The position numbers were made by a program, and so were the translations under genes. 64,000 nucleotides of DNA from Octopus vulgaris (taxonomy: Eukaryota), in contig OX597831.1 of NCBI GenBank assembly GCA_951406725.2, forward strand, positions 83,452,001 to 83,516,000, given 5' to 3'. Within the stretch, counting starts at the first letter, position 1, and each line of letters starts with the position of its first letter. Positions 13,461-27,938 of the stretch are shown one piece after another. The notes beneath the pieces are model-generated. The model worked only from the letters and a program-made list of their open reading frames with translations. It searched no databases and was not told where the DNA came from.

Positions 13461-13920
13461 GGGATCCGGACAAAAGCCCCCTCGGACAAAAGCCCCACGG
13501 TTATATCTTTTCGGCTATTTTTTCATTTTTAGAATTTTTACTTGAATGTATCGACCCCAGAATTTTGTTTTTACTTGTTGCAGTTGTTAGACTGTGGCCG
13601 GCCATGCTGGGGCACCACCTTGCGAAAATGTTAGTCGATCGCGCTGGTTGAAAATCATCAAAAAAATTCTGGTGTTGTTACATTCGACTAAAAATTCTCC
13701 AAGGTGGTGCCCCAGCATGGCCACAATCTAATAACTGCGACAAGAAAAAGGGAAAAAAATTCTGGGGTCGATACGTTCCACTAAAAATTCTTCAAGGCAA
13801 TGCCCCAGCATGGCCTCAGTCTAATGACTAAAACAAGTTAAAGGTGAAAAAGAAAACGAAAAGATATTCGAAAAATATAACCGCGGGGCTTTTGTCTGAA
13901 GGGACTTTTGTCCTACACTC
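13461..13920. mobile_element. Foldback MITE (MULE/Rehavkus-like subterminal repeats) with internal SINE-tail modules
   Basis: Left (GGACAAAAGCCCC)x2 + ACGGTTATA vs right TATAACCGCGGGGCTTTTGTC..CTTTTGTCC; degenerate 9-bp flanks aggccttgt/tcgccatgt. Confidence 0.7.
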
Positions 13921-14619
13921 TCGCCATGTCTGATTAGAAAAAGATAAACTGTGGGATTATCTTCGACTTCGAAGTCTTTATAAGTTAAACTCGTAGCAGT
14001 ACAATGATTAGTAAGAAAAGCAAGAAAATGTCTTTCATTGTGGGACCTATTTACAACTAGACGGCCTGGGGCACAGAGAGTTGAGTATTTCAGCCTTAAA
14101 CAAAAGTTGTGATTGTAGAAAAGATACAACAGTTGATCATTTGTCTAGTAATTTTTGTTTAGTTATTTCTTTAGCAAAGACAATGTCTGTAGTTGGTGGG
14201 GATGGGGAGGCGGAAGAATCAATTCCAGTTTATGTCTGGTATTCAGAAGAATGAAAAACAATGTTGGAATTTCAAACAGAAATTGAAGGAAATGCAACCT
14301 AACTGATACCCATTCACTTCTAATCACTTCCAAGACACAGTGATGATGTCGGCTAGGAGTTCAAAGCATGCTGTAAGTTTCGAGACGGACAATATCATAG
14401 ATACGCATGCGCGTGTGTGTGTTTGGAGATTGCATTACTGATGTTTCAACCTTAAGGTATTTTCAAATATTAAACCCTACATTATATGTATTGAGTACTA
14501 TATTAAAAAAAGATCTTTCGTTTTAATCTCATTAACAAAGAACATGTAGGACACAGACGTACATATGCACATGCTTACACCCCCACTCCCCCACACACCC
14601 ACACAAGTATGAATGTAGT

Positions 14620-15000
14620 GAAAGAGTCGGTTTCTAACCTAGATCCAAGGCTCGTTCCTAGGAATTTCAACATGGACAGGGTATTTTTGTATGTGTGTAT
14701 CTCTTCTATTCTTTAATTATTATAAATCTTCCACAGAAGAGGGACCCAGTTTCCAACAAAGATACAAGTCTCCATCTTTGGAATGTAGTTCACACAGAGA
14801 AATTTACATTTGGAACTATGCATGCATGTATGTATGTATGTATGTATGTATGCATGTATGCATGCATGCATGTATGTATGCATAAGTACATACTGGGTAT
14901 TTTTGTGTGTATTTATGTATGTATTTAACCATTTAAATTCTTACTCTGAAGACGGAGCTGATTTCTAACAAAGATACAAAGCTCCATCTTTGGAATGTTG
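14620..15000 (-). repeat. Three related modules with hammerhead-like remnants
   Basis: GTTTCYAACMWAGATMCAAG.CTC at about 14630 and 14749, with a similar variant at about 14961; units 2 and 3 both begin GGGTATTTTTGT. Confidence 0.5.
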
Positions 15001-15300
15001 ATAACAAAAACAATGTAACATTATAAACTTGAGAAAAGTCTTGCATATTTTTACTGTTCCGCTTACAAATTGTATTTGTAATGTGTGAGTCAATTGGTTG
15101 ATTTTTTTTTCTGGAAACCCAAGCTTATTGAGACTGACAGTCGGGCAAAAACTTACAAACCAACAGCTCCAATTATTATTGGTATAAATGTATGTATGTG
15201 TGTATGTATGTATGTATGTATGTATGTATACATGTATGTATGTATGTATGTATGTATGTATGTATACATGTATGTACGTATGTATGTATGTATGTATATA

Positions 15301-16031
15301 TGTCAGGTCACTTTCGAGTGCTACTGGTAACATGTAACCCAGTACTACCTGTTGCATGGTCGGGTCGTCGGCAACTAAACCGGCAACCCCACCAAGCTTG
15401 CTTGGTGAGGAGGGTGTTTATTGGACACCCTGCGGGATGAAAAAAAACCCGTCAAAGGGCGGAGGAACTCTTGAGAGTCAACGGCCATCCAATAAATGTA
15501 TCATGCGCGGGGACATAGAAATAATCGGACTGAATACCCGAACGCGCAGTTAGACCATTGGGAGTGAAGGACTCCTAGCCTTTGTTAGAGCATCCTTCAA
15601 GGAGAAGGTAACTCCTCAACTGGGATAACTCCAACATAAAATCTGCGGCTCAGCGGTTACCGATGATGTTGAATTGTTCTTTTTTTCGGATTATGGCTGC
15701 TGTTGCTTAGTGAGGGGGATTGACTCAGTGCACAGCCTTTCCTCACTTTAAAAAAAATCTTCTTGCACAGGCATTGCACGATAACAACATTGATTGATTG
15801 ATTAAATTGATTAACTAATTCATGATTGTTGATGGCACTGTGAGTCTCAACTGAACGGCTAGCTGTAGCCTTATACAACTACAGCCGGCTATTACCAGTA
15901 AAGGTCTTAGTACCCAATTTTGTACAAGACATTGTAGATCTTTAGCTGGGCTAAAAAGTCACATTTGATCACAGCACCAGTAACAGTTAAGCTTCGTGCA
16001 ATGGCCATACTCGATAACGAGAGGACAGCCA
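15301..16031 (+). mobile_element. RTE-type non-autonomous retroelement copy 1, interrupted by an insert of about 190 bp
   Basis: Near-identical to 39271-39825 and 59533-60086; carries the RTE-like AGGAGAAGGTAACTC motif; insert at about 15794-15986. Confidence 0.8.
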
Positions 16032-16230
16032 TAATAATGTATGTATGTATGTTTCTGTGTATGGAGCTATTCCAATGTGCAAATTGGAGAAAGTATATGG
16101 CAGCACCATTTGCTATGCAGTGGAGTCCATTTATTCATTAGAAGCTGATCATTCAGTTTATCGCCGCTGTTTTGTCGCTCGAGCGAACACAGAAGCTAAA
16201 AGTAGCGATGGAGGAAATGTATATTTAAAT

Positions 16231-16268
<38 letters not shown>

Positions 16269-16649
16269 ATACAAAGGTATGTGTGTATATATAAATGTAT
16301 GCATGAATGTAAAACACTGGATTGTGTTTTAATCGGTGTTAAAGCGATGCAAATGTGGAAAAGGAGAAAACAATCTGCAGTTGAACATCAAATGTTGCTG
16401 CATGCTTTACGTTGCAACTTTAATATAACAAATAAGCAGCTGCATTGTGTTGTTGCAGCTGTTGAATATGCAGCAGTAGCAGATGGTGTAGATTCAATGT
16501 AAGCAGGTTTATGTTTTGTCCGTGTGACTAAACACAGCAAATAGTGCGAGACTGAGTGGCGGCCTTGTGTCAGATGGGTTAGAATTGTGGGTAAAACTGG
16601 GTTCCATGTGAACATACCACCAGCTGCAGTTGGGATGGCTGCTACAGCC

Positions 16650-16832
16650 GGTGGTGGTGGTGGTGGTGGTACTGGTGATGGTGGTACTGCTGGTGGTGGT
16701 GGTGGTGGTGGTGGTGGTGGTGGTACTGGTGGTGGTGATGGTGGTGGTGGTGGTGGTGGTGGTGGTGGTACTGGTGGTGGTGGTGGTGGTGGCGGTGGTG
16801 GTGGCGGTGGTGGTGGCGGTGGTGGTGGTGAT
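16650..16832. repeat. (GGT)n trinucleotide repeat
   Basis: Directly visible. Confidence 0.95.
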
Positions 16833-17169
16833 TGTGCACTGTAATCAGGGATAAACATAGAAACAGGAAACTGTTTAACAGTATCTCATTCGACATACAC
16901 GCACACGCATGCGCACGCACTCTCTCTCTCTCCTCTCTCTCCCTCTCTCCTTCCTCTCTCTCTCCTCTCTCCCTCTCTCCCTCTCTCTTATTCATGCGAA
17001 TGCGAATATTTCCGCGTACGGATGCGCACGCTCGTATTTGTTTTTCGATGATTGGGAAAATTTGCCAACACGATGAAGATTCGGCTGAACTTACCCTCCA
17101 AGAAGTCAATGAAATATGTCGACATCTTTTGACTGATGTCCAGTCTTTCTCCGTATTTTACTTCCATTG

Positions 17170-17311
17170 ATCCAGTTCAGTGTTACTCTAGAACTTCCTG
17201 ACATTCGATCTGTTCACCAGAGAGATTAAAATGGATTCAATTGATTAAGTTCAATTTACCTGATGAACCGACCGGACGTCCGGTAAACTCTAGAGCAACA
17301 CTCAACTGGAT
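17170..17311. mobile_element. Old imperfect palindrome with degenerate hammerhead motif in both arms
   Basis: Right arm CTGATGA-ACCGAC..GTCCGGT-AAA-CTCTAGAG-CA; left arm (minus) CTGGTGA..GAAG-TTCTAGAG-TA; shared ACACT(C/G)AACTGGAT. Confidence 0.6.
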
Positions 17312-17361
17312 TAACCGAAAAGAATTACTATTTTCTAATACGAATTACAGTTCTATTCTGG

Positions 17362-17597
17362 ATGTGTGTGTGGGTTTGTGTGTGTGTGTGTGGTTTGTGT
17401 GTGTGTGTGGGTTTGTGTGTGTGTGTGTGTGGGTTTGTGTGTGTGTGTGGGTTTGTGTGTGTGTGGGGGTTTGTGTGTGTGTGTGTGGGTTTGTGTGTGT
17501 GTGGGGGTTTGTGTGTGTGGGTGGGTTTGTGTGTGTGTGTGGGGTGTGTGTGTGTGTGTGTGGGTTTGTGTGTGTGGGGGGGTTTGTGTGTGTGGGT
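17362..17597. repeat. (GT)nGGGTTT minisatellite
   Basis: Directly visible. Confidence 0.9.
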
Positions 17598-18429
17598 TCG
17601 CGTAAAGCAGTTTGTCACTCCGTCTTTTAATGAATCGCTAATATACGGTTCAAGTACCAGACTAATATACGAAGTGGGGCGGGGTGATACGATCGACGAA
17701 ACTCTCAAGGCCCAACAAATGAACCCCAAACAACATCAAACTGTAGTTCAGTCACTGAAATCGTAAAGGAATAACGAAAGTTTCACAAGTGGAAAATCGA
17801 TTGAAACAAAGAAATATCTTCCAAGGATTTTATTATTCTTTAAAGAAACATTTTCCTCACATAAAAAACTTCTATGAAGACAGTCGTTAATGTAAAAGAA
17901 CCTTTAAATAAATGTTTTTCACCCTCAGACCATAAATAATCATTTTATTGTAAACTTTTCGAATAGATTTATATTGTACAGCGATCAAATTCGTTCTCCT
18001 TAAACTCCTTCCGCCCAACCGAATTTTAAAAGGAAAAATTCATTCTTACTTTAAAGCGTCTCCAGTGTTTCCCGATTCTGTTTTGCCAGAAGTAGATTCA
18101 TTTGAAAGAAGGTCTCTCTAGGGTTCTGTTCGTCTGTATGTATGTGTGTGTATGTTTATATGCATGTGTCTGTTGTGTGTGTATGTGTGTATGTGTGTGT
18201 GTGTGTGTGTTTGCGTATATGTTATGTGTGTGAGTATGTGGTTACGTATGTATCTGTTGTGCATGTGTGAATGTGTGGCTGTATATGTTTTGTTTGTGTG
18301 CGTATACGCCTGTGTATATATGTGTGTGTCGTCGTGTGTGTGTATATATGGATATGTAATATGCACTCGTAAAATGATAACTGTGCGTTGAAATTAATAT
18401 GCAAAAACAAAACAAAATACCAATGTGAT

Positions 18430-18635
18430 AAGCTGGCGGTAACGTTAGTCGCCACTCAAAATGCTTTGCGGCATTTCTTCCGCCTTTACGTTCTGGGTTC
18501 AAGTCCCCCCGAGATCAACTTGGCCTTTCATCCCGTTCAGGTCGATGAAATAAGTACCAGTTGAGTACTGGGGGTCTATGTAGTTGACTGTACCCCTGTC
18601 CCGAAATTGCTGGCACTGTGGTAGAATTTGAAACC
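18430..18635 (+). mobile_element. tRNA-derived SINE with conserved central domain (MetaSINE-like)
   Basis: B-box GGTTCAAGTCC followed by GCCTTTCATCC...GGTCGATGAAATAAGTACCAG and a 3' AAATTGCTGGC..TTTGAAACC. Confidence 0.75.
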
Positions 18636-18882
18636 AAGGAAGTGCCCAGGGACGCCTGCTGCAAGAAAACCTAAAATGGAGTGAGTCAAGAAAAATATAA
18701 CTCAAATTGTTTTAGCTTATTCCATAAATATGTTAAGGCCAACCAAATTGTTCGTGTTTTTAATGTCTCCCCAGTAGAATCTCATTATTAATGTGAGATG
18801 TTATCACGAAAGTCGTTCTCTAATAGAGCCTCAACAATTTTAACTCTTTTCCTAAAGACAAAACCATGAACTAAGCAATGAG

Positions 18883-18985
18883 AAGAAGAAGAAGAAGAAG
18901 AAGAAGAAGAAGAAGAAGAAGAAGAAGAAGAAGAAGAAGAAGAAGAAGAAGAAGAAGAAGAAGAAGAAGAAGAAGAAGAAGAAGA
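18883..18985. repeat. (AAG)n microsatellite
   Basis: Directly visible. Confidence 0.95.
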
Positions 18986-21008
18986 ACTTTTGACTATTCA
19001 ATTCGATGAACAATCAGATTTATTTCTAAAACAATTTCTTCACAGATTCCCCTCCCTTACCCGTTGCAATACACAACACGCCATATATGTACACAAATCT
19101 CCTCCTACTACAAGACCAAAGACTAACAATAGCAAAGATAATATCAAACAAAAATAAAATTCTGAGTGACGAAAGTTGGAAGTGTGTCTTTAACGAACCT
19201 ATCAAAATATAATGTGAATAAGTTTTTTTGTTTTTGTTTTTGAGAATAATGGGGTGAAAATATAAGCATAATGGCTGAACAATTGCTATAAAATGGTAAA
19301 GGAAACTGAATTGTGTCTTAAAATCATTGAAATCTTTATTGGTATCGATTTTATTAAAATTAATACCCAATCATTTATACCTTAACATCAATAGCAACAG
19401 GAATAAAAACAGTTATTATAATCGTTGATTATTGAAGATACAAAAGTCGGCAAAAAACTGTAACATTTTGGGGAGTTAGTTTTGTTGGTGTTTGGATTAC
19501 CGAATTGCGCTGGATCGAGAGAAAGGTTAATGCAGGTGAATTAATCTGATTGATGAGAAAATGCCAATTAATACGATTTTATGCAATAAAGTTCCACGAA
19601 GGATTCGAATTATTTCTTCGCTGTATTTTGAGTAGCAACAATGAGAAGGGAGTGTCTTTGTAATATGATGCAGAACAAATATCTCAGAGACCTTACTTCA
19701 GAAAGCACCAATTATTTGGTTTCTCGCCCAAGTCTACAGACTTTATCAACATATATCGAGGAAACATACATACATACACTCACACACGCACGGACACACA
19801 CGCACGCACACACGCGCACGCATACACGGATGCACACACGCACATGCACACACATAAATTGCTGTATTTGCTGGTAATATATTGGAAACTGACCTCAGCA
19901 AGATTTGAACTGTAAATATTAGGGTTAAAAACTAGGCGCAAACAAACGATTACCGATTCCTGCCGAATCAGTTGCGTTAATTAGTTTCCCTGCTATATTA
20001 ATTAACAGGGAAAACGTTTATCAGAGGAAGGAGAATGAAGAAGTATTGAAGGCATTGTTTAATTCTGTTTTGTCAGCAGATGTCAATTATTTTATAACGC
20101 CAAACATACATAATGTGGACCAAAGAATTATTCACCAAAATCTTAGTGATGTCTCATGTTTGGCAACCAAGTTTAGAGGAAGGCTTTATTACAATAAAGA
20201 AAATATGAGAGAAGAACGTAAATAACCAGAAACGATTTGTTTATGTAAAATATTTATATTTAGTTTTCAGGATGACTCCACTGAGCTTTGTCCCCCGCCA
20301 CCATATTGTGGATATTTAATATGTTTCTTGTCACTATATTATCTTCATTTTCCTATATATTGATCACGTGTAGCTCATCTCAATTGAGTAAAATATTTCG
20401 CTGAGGAGGTCAGGTAATATTAAAACATGTCTGTTATTTTTAACAGTTGGCTTTAAGAAAGAGATCCATTCCTGTCTTTATCTGCTGATTGTCGAAAAAT
20501 ATCCGTCAACTTGCCACATTGTGTGATTGTTATTTCAGAATTTTAACAGTTCTACAGGGTATTCAGAATACCAATTGCTTCGATAATATTATCAGATTAA
20601 ATTTGTCCAACTCATTGTATTAGATCAGTCAAACCCCAAAGTTGTTTTTTTAATATGCTGAACGCTTCCCACCCTCGTAAAGTGTTTCCTGTCATATTGT
20701 ATGCGATATATCTACGTCAAAATATCACGTGACTGGTGTGCAGCTAAGCAAGATATGTATTTTAACATGTATAATTTCAGAAAACGAAATAAATATCAGT
20801 GGAATAATGATTGTTATCGTGTTATCGTCTTCGTACAAGATGCAACAGTTGCCGCCTACAATTTGCTTTAATTAAAATAATATCTTTGCAATCAGCCGCA
20901 ATAATGCCACATTACAGAGTTTTAATTAAATTCTGAGGCGGATTATTCCCTGCTGAAAACAACAAACGCACACATACATAAACTCACACACACACACATG
21001 CTATTTGA

Positions 21009-21069
<61 letters not shown>

Positions 21070-21324
21070 GTGAGTGAGTGAGTAAAACAGAGAAACAGAG
21101 GGATGGATAAAATAATGAGGAATGATTAATAAAAATAATGGTACTTAGAAAACTTGTGATGATCAAAGCAACTAATGATTTTTAATTCCACAATCGGATT
21201 TCTCTGCTTCACAAATGAAGACAATATCTGCTATTAATAAAACCTTAATTAAATGTACTTGGTTCAAATTTCAGTTGGTAATATCACAATAACGATGAAT
21301 ATTCTTATCGTAAGTTTTGATACA

Positions 21325-21505
21325 TTTCAAATTTTGGTACAAAGCCAGCAATTTCAAGGACGGGATAGGTCGAATACATCAGCTCTAGTGTTCAACTGGT
21401 ACTTATTTTATTGACCTTGAGCAGGATGAAAAGCAAAATCAACCCCGGCGGAATTTGAACTCGGAACGTAAAGATGGATGAAATACCGTTGAGCAGTTTG
21501 CTCAT
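21325..21505 (-). mobile_element. tRNA-derived SINE (18430 family)
   Basis: ctggtacttattttattgacc..ggatgaaaagcaaa..ggcggaatttgaactc is the reverse complement of the core and B-box. Confidence 0.75.
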
Positions 21506-22296
21506 GTTTACTAATATTTTTATAAAGCTAAAACATCCCAGTTAGGCAACTCTTGACTGACTGGGATGCTTTAGCTTTATAAAAATATTAGTTAATACTA
21601 TTTGTTGAGTTTTTCACGTAGGCCACGAGGGCAGAACAAATATGTAAGTAGTTACGCGAAGCAATAATGGGAAATCAACAAACTTCAGGTTTGTTTGAAT
21701 ATGTTTGGGATAGATTTCAAATTATAAAAGCTTTTTCACTGCCGCGAAGAAAAGAAAGAAAAAAGAATGTTCGCCTTCAGTACAAGGTGTACTGATCTTT
21801 TATAAAGCTTTCTACTTAGCTCAAAATCTGACTGTCTTGGTATCTGGCACTGAGGACAACCAACAAGCTAGATATACATCTATTAGTCCAGAGCTGGAAG
21901 AATCCTTAGCACGCCGGACAAAATGCTCAATAGTATTTCGTTCGTCTTTACATTCCACAAATTCACAATGTTCAAATTCCACAATGGCCTATTTTGCCTT
22001 TCATCTTTTTGGGGTCCCAAACATGCTTGCCTTGTAGCAAAATTTTAAACCATTATTTATAGCATTACATTCAATACAAGATTTTAATTTAACCTTTGAG
22101 ATCTAAAGACAGGGCTAAAAAAATAAGCATGCCAACTGCTTAGAATTGGCGCCAGAATTTAAAAACAGAACCCCACATAAACCCGGGATTAAATGCCGAG
22201 ATGAAAAATAATCAAATTCTACGATAGAATTAAGAATTCATATAGACACAGTAGAGACTAGGTAAGGCTTTAATATTGCTCTCTCTCTCTCGCTCG

Positions 22297-22332
<36 letters not shown>

Positions 22333-23519
22333 CTCTTCCTCTCTCTTTCTTTCTCTCTCATTCTCTTTGTTTCAGACTTAGAGAAAAAATGATGAACAGT
22401 CCTATCGTATTAAGAAAACATTATTCCACTTCATGTAGAGATACGTTAACCACTTGATAGTACCTATGTACATCTAGGTGGACTGAGCCAGCGAAAACAC
22501 GTTCATCAACCGACACCGATGATGAGAAACAACGAATTGACGTGGAAACATTCAATGGCATGTGTGTGTGTGTGTGTGTCTGTCTGTGTGTGTGTGTGTG
22601 TTTGTGTGTGTGTGTTAGTGTGTGTGCTTGTGTGTGTGCGAAAGGAGTATATATATTTATGAATGTATTTATATAACTGATTATTCAACACACGAAAACG
22701 TTTATATTTTATGTTGCCATTATTATCAGAAAAATATTGAAGCTGAAATGACAAGATTTCAATAAAGTTAATTAATTAAGATGCTAAAATTCCCGCTAAA
22801 AGAATATCTGACAAATTACAAAAGTCTGCGGATCAATAGACTGCCTGTTTTTAATAGATTTGAATTTAGAATGAATAAAATTAATTTCATTAAAGTATAT
22901 CTTAAAAGTTTTCAAGTCAATTTCGATTTTATGTTCTCACTACTATCAGACAAGAGTCTCACGTTACCTCAATTGACCCTGACATGCATCAAAGTTAGGA
23001 AAACATTTTAGTGTAGCCGATCGATAACAACAGATTTGATGTGGCTTAGATTCTATTGTTAAGAAACTTCACAGAAGTGTGTCACGTATTCAAGTACAAA
23101 ACTACAGTATTTATTCCAATACATAGCAATGCATTCCTCTTTATTCTATTATATTCTATGTAAATTAGTTTGGCTACAGCATATATATATATGCGTGTGT
23201 GTATGTGTATAGTACTGTCTATAATATTACTAACCGTACTCTCTATACTATTATAGCACCTGTTATTATTAGTAAGACAGATTTTGTTTTCAAGCCCTAC
23301 ATTCTGGTTAGCTCTTTTTCCATATCTTTATATTATCTAATTCTTCGAGAAATACATTCTCAACTGTTGAGACAGATATTTCAATCAGGAGACTCTTTCC
23401 TCAAAATATCGTGTCTCATTGCAATGATATCAACTAAAATAAGTTCAATGAATCCTTTTCTTGCTTTGAATCCAACAACGAAGTCAACGTTTATCTTACA
23501 TTTCCAATTGTGACCTCCT

Positions 23520-23967
23520 TCGGTCATGAATAACCATGGGATTGCAGTTAGAAAGTTACCCTCCGAGGCACAAGTCTGGGCAATGTTGTTTATGGAAGAC
23601 CAGCAGTCGCCCACGCATACTAGCCTCCCCTCTCCACGCCACCAAGGGAAAGGCAAAGGCCGACACAGCTTGGCACCATAGACGTCGCAGCTCATTTATT
23701 AACGTGCAAGTGGCTGAGCACTCCACAGATACGTGTACCCTTAACGTAGTTAAGTGTGACAAGGCTGGCCCTTTGAAATACAGGTACAACAGAAACAGGA
23801 AGAAAGAGTGAGAGAAAGTTGTGATGAAAGAGTACAGCAGGGTTCACCCCCCCCCCCCCGCCGAAGCCTCGTGAGCTTTAGGTGTTTTCGCTCAATAAAC
23901 ACTCACAATGCCCGGTCTGTGAATCGAAACCGCGATCCTACGACCGCGAGTCCGCTGCGCCTCTACA
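23520..23967 (-). mobile_element. tRNA-derived SINE sharing its central domain with 55183-55512
   Basis: aacgtgcaagtggctgagcactccacagatacgtgtacccttaacgtagtt is complementary to 55384-55434; B-box-like gtttcgattc on the minus strand. Confidence 0.7.
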
Positions 23968-25369
23968 CATTTCCAGTTAACCTGTACGAAACATCATGTC
24001 CTTACTATTGCGCTCTCGAGGATAATAACAAAACGCTTTTGTTATTTTGGTCAGGCAAAATGGTATCAGAATGATTCCTTTCTTTGCCTTTTTGTCACAA
24101 TGACAGTTTCCAAAGCAGGTGGCGGTTCTTCCGAGTACCAAAGAGGAGCATTTTGTTGCCGGTTGAGTATATGAAAAGTTGTTCTGCCACATTGCTGTGA
24201 CCACCACCACCACCACCACCACCACCACTACACCCCTCTCCTTTAACTGACCAATTATTCGCCAATCTGTTTCATCCGTGGCAATAAAAGATTAAAAGAA
24301 ATGCCAGCCAAAATTGAAACCACGACCTTCATTATGTTAGCGAGATTGGTTTGATCTGATTGATGGAGTTGTTTGAGGGAGCGCGGAGGTGAAAGTATTC
24401 GGTTAGTTAGTCAGTCAGGTGGTGGTGGTGTTTGACTGTGTGATTGGTTGACTAGAGAAAGGGGGTGGTGTTGAGGAGGGGGGCGGTATTAACTGTTTCA
24501 TTATCCTGTGAAGTTAATAGAATAAAAAGGCGACGTAATTAACTGTGTGTCATTAGCGCTTTCTGAGGATATGCCTCGGTGAGTGTGAGTGTGTATGTGT
24601 GCGTGTTTGTGCGTGTGTGTGTGTGTGTGTGTGCGTGTGTGCGTGCGTACATGTCTTTGTGGATATATACATGTGTACAATTATGTGTGTGATTACGTAA
24701 GTGTTTCTGCATATTTTCCTGAGAGTCAGACATTTAATATCGAAAACATTAATGATTCAACAGTGTCTCCAGTCAGATCCTCAAACGCATCTGCCCACAC
24801 TCACGCACACATATACTCACACTCACACACACACACATGCACACACACACGCACACACGCACACTTACACATGCACAGATATACACGCACGCTCACATAC
24901 ACACACATACGCACATACACGCATGCACATACGCATGCACATATACACAAGCACACATAAATACACACGCAAGCTCGAACACACATACGCAGTTGCATAC
25001 ACAGCCACGCACACACACTTACACAAACAAACACACATACAAACATATTGTTTGCTGGTTTTAGACATTGGATTGAGGTCATACGAGAAGGTTCTGCTAA
25101 TTATATCGATCCCAGCAATTAGATCCTCATTTGATCGATTTTTATTTGAAGGGCTAAGTTCACTGCAGATATGACACTTTGGGAATTGTGACATCTTTTA
25201 ATGACATCAAATGCCACAAGACGTTCTTCACCAACTTCCTTCGAACCAGATTCCGTGTGTCAAACCAGGTTTACAAGGAATTGGCCAGCCTTTGTCCAAT
25301 TTCCAAGAGATTTCCAAGATAGGGCAGCACCACTTTACAGCTCGGACTAACTTCTTATCTTTTCTATTT

Positions 25370-25740
25370 TCTCTTTTGTTTCAATAATCTGCGGCCATGC
25401 TGGAGTATTGCCTTGAAAATTTTAATCGAATGAATCGACCTCAGAACTTATCTTTTAAGTCTGGTATTCATTTTGTTGGTCTCTTTTTGCCAAGCCGCTC
25501 AGTTACGAGGACGTAAACACACCAACACCAGTTGTCAACAGTGGCAGGGGACAAACATACACACACACATATAAATATAATGTATATACGATGGAGTTCT
25601 TTCAGTTTAAGCTTGCTAAATCCACTCACAGAGCTTTGATCATCCCGGGGCTATAGTAAATATTTACCTAAAGTAACACACAGTGGGACTGAACCCAGAA
25701 TCCTGTGTCTTGGAAGCAATCTTCTTACCAACCAGCTACA
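25370..25740 (-). mobile_element. Near full-length SINE with tRNA head and CR1/L2-like tail
   Basis: Minus-strand gtggtaagaag..gggttcagtcccactg head, ggatttagcaag, (TG)n, ggcaaaaagagacc, ctccagcatggccgcag tail. Confidence 0.75.
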
Positions 25741-25750
25741 TCTATGACTC

Positions 25751-26978
<1,228 letters not shown>

Positions 26979-27904
26979 GCCGCCCTACTTAAACATCTGT
27001 GACATATACAAACACTGTATTCCGACGGAAAAATATAGAAGCGACGAGATTCATTGTTAGGGTAAGTTATTTCTCTTGGTTGGTCGAATTGGTTGGGAGT
27101 TTTAAACTTTAGCAAGTAATTCAATTCTAACGAAACATTCTTTGAAATGTTTCAACATTCATTGAAAATATTTGAATTGATTCAAAATGGCGATTTTTTT
27201 TATTGTAAACGTGAAATAACGAAATGAAGTTGTCAGTGAGTGTAGTGTTAGGGGCGAATTATTTTAACTCTCCATAGAATTTTAAAATCCTTGTACATTT
27301 AACCGATGCATGGGGATAACTTATGTGTTTCTTATAAATGTTAGTCATCTCATATTTCTGAATCTCGAATGTAATTTTGAGCGTCTGGAAAACATAATTC
27401 ATATGTTACTCATGATCAATTGAGAGATTGAGCTCCTCATAATCCGATGATTGTTCGAAACTTCCTGGATATGAAACTCAGAGTCACGATGTATTGCCAT
27501 TTACAGACTACATGTAGTTATGTGCATTTATGGGTTTGTCGATTTATATATAGCAAAACCTACTCGAAGGTTTAGCCCCAACATGGCTGAAATCTAATGT
27601 CAAAAACCAAAGTGCATGTGTGTGTGTGCATGTTTGTGTGCATGTGTGTGCATACGTGTGCCTGTGTGTGTCTGCGTATTAACGTATGTATGTATGCTGA
27701 TTTATATATATATATATATAACACGTATGTATATGAACACACTCACAGTTCTTTTCCTAGTTCCAGCGAACTGGATGTAAACATGTAGAAGCATAAATTA
27801 TTATGTTAAATTTGAAAAATATATTCTGGAGAGATTTTTTTGTTTTGCAATTGTTGTAGGCGTATATTTCCTTTCTAACACAAATACATACATACATACA
27901 TACA

Positions 27905-27938
<34 letters not shown>

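Noticed and set aside
16388-17109. Poly-Pro/Gly/His ORFs
   Set aside because: Produced by (GGT)n; no flanking coding signal
19975-20030. Hairpin with CTGATAA..GAAACTAATTA on the minus strand
   Set aside because: Core mismatched, spacing wrong, no UH site or stem I
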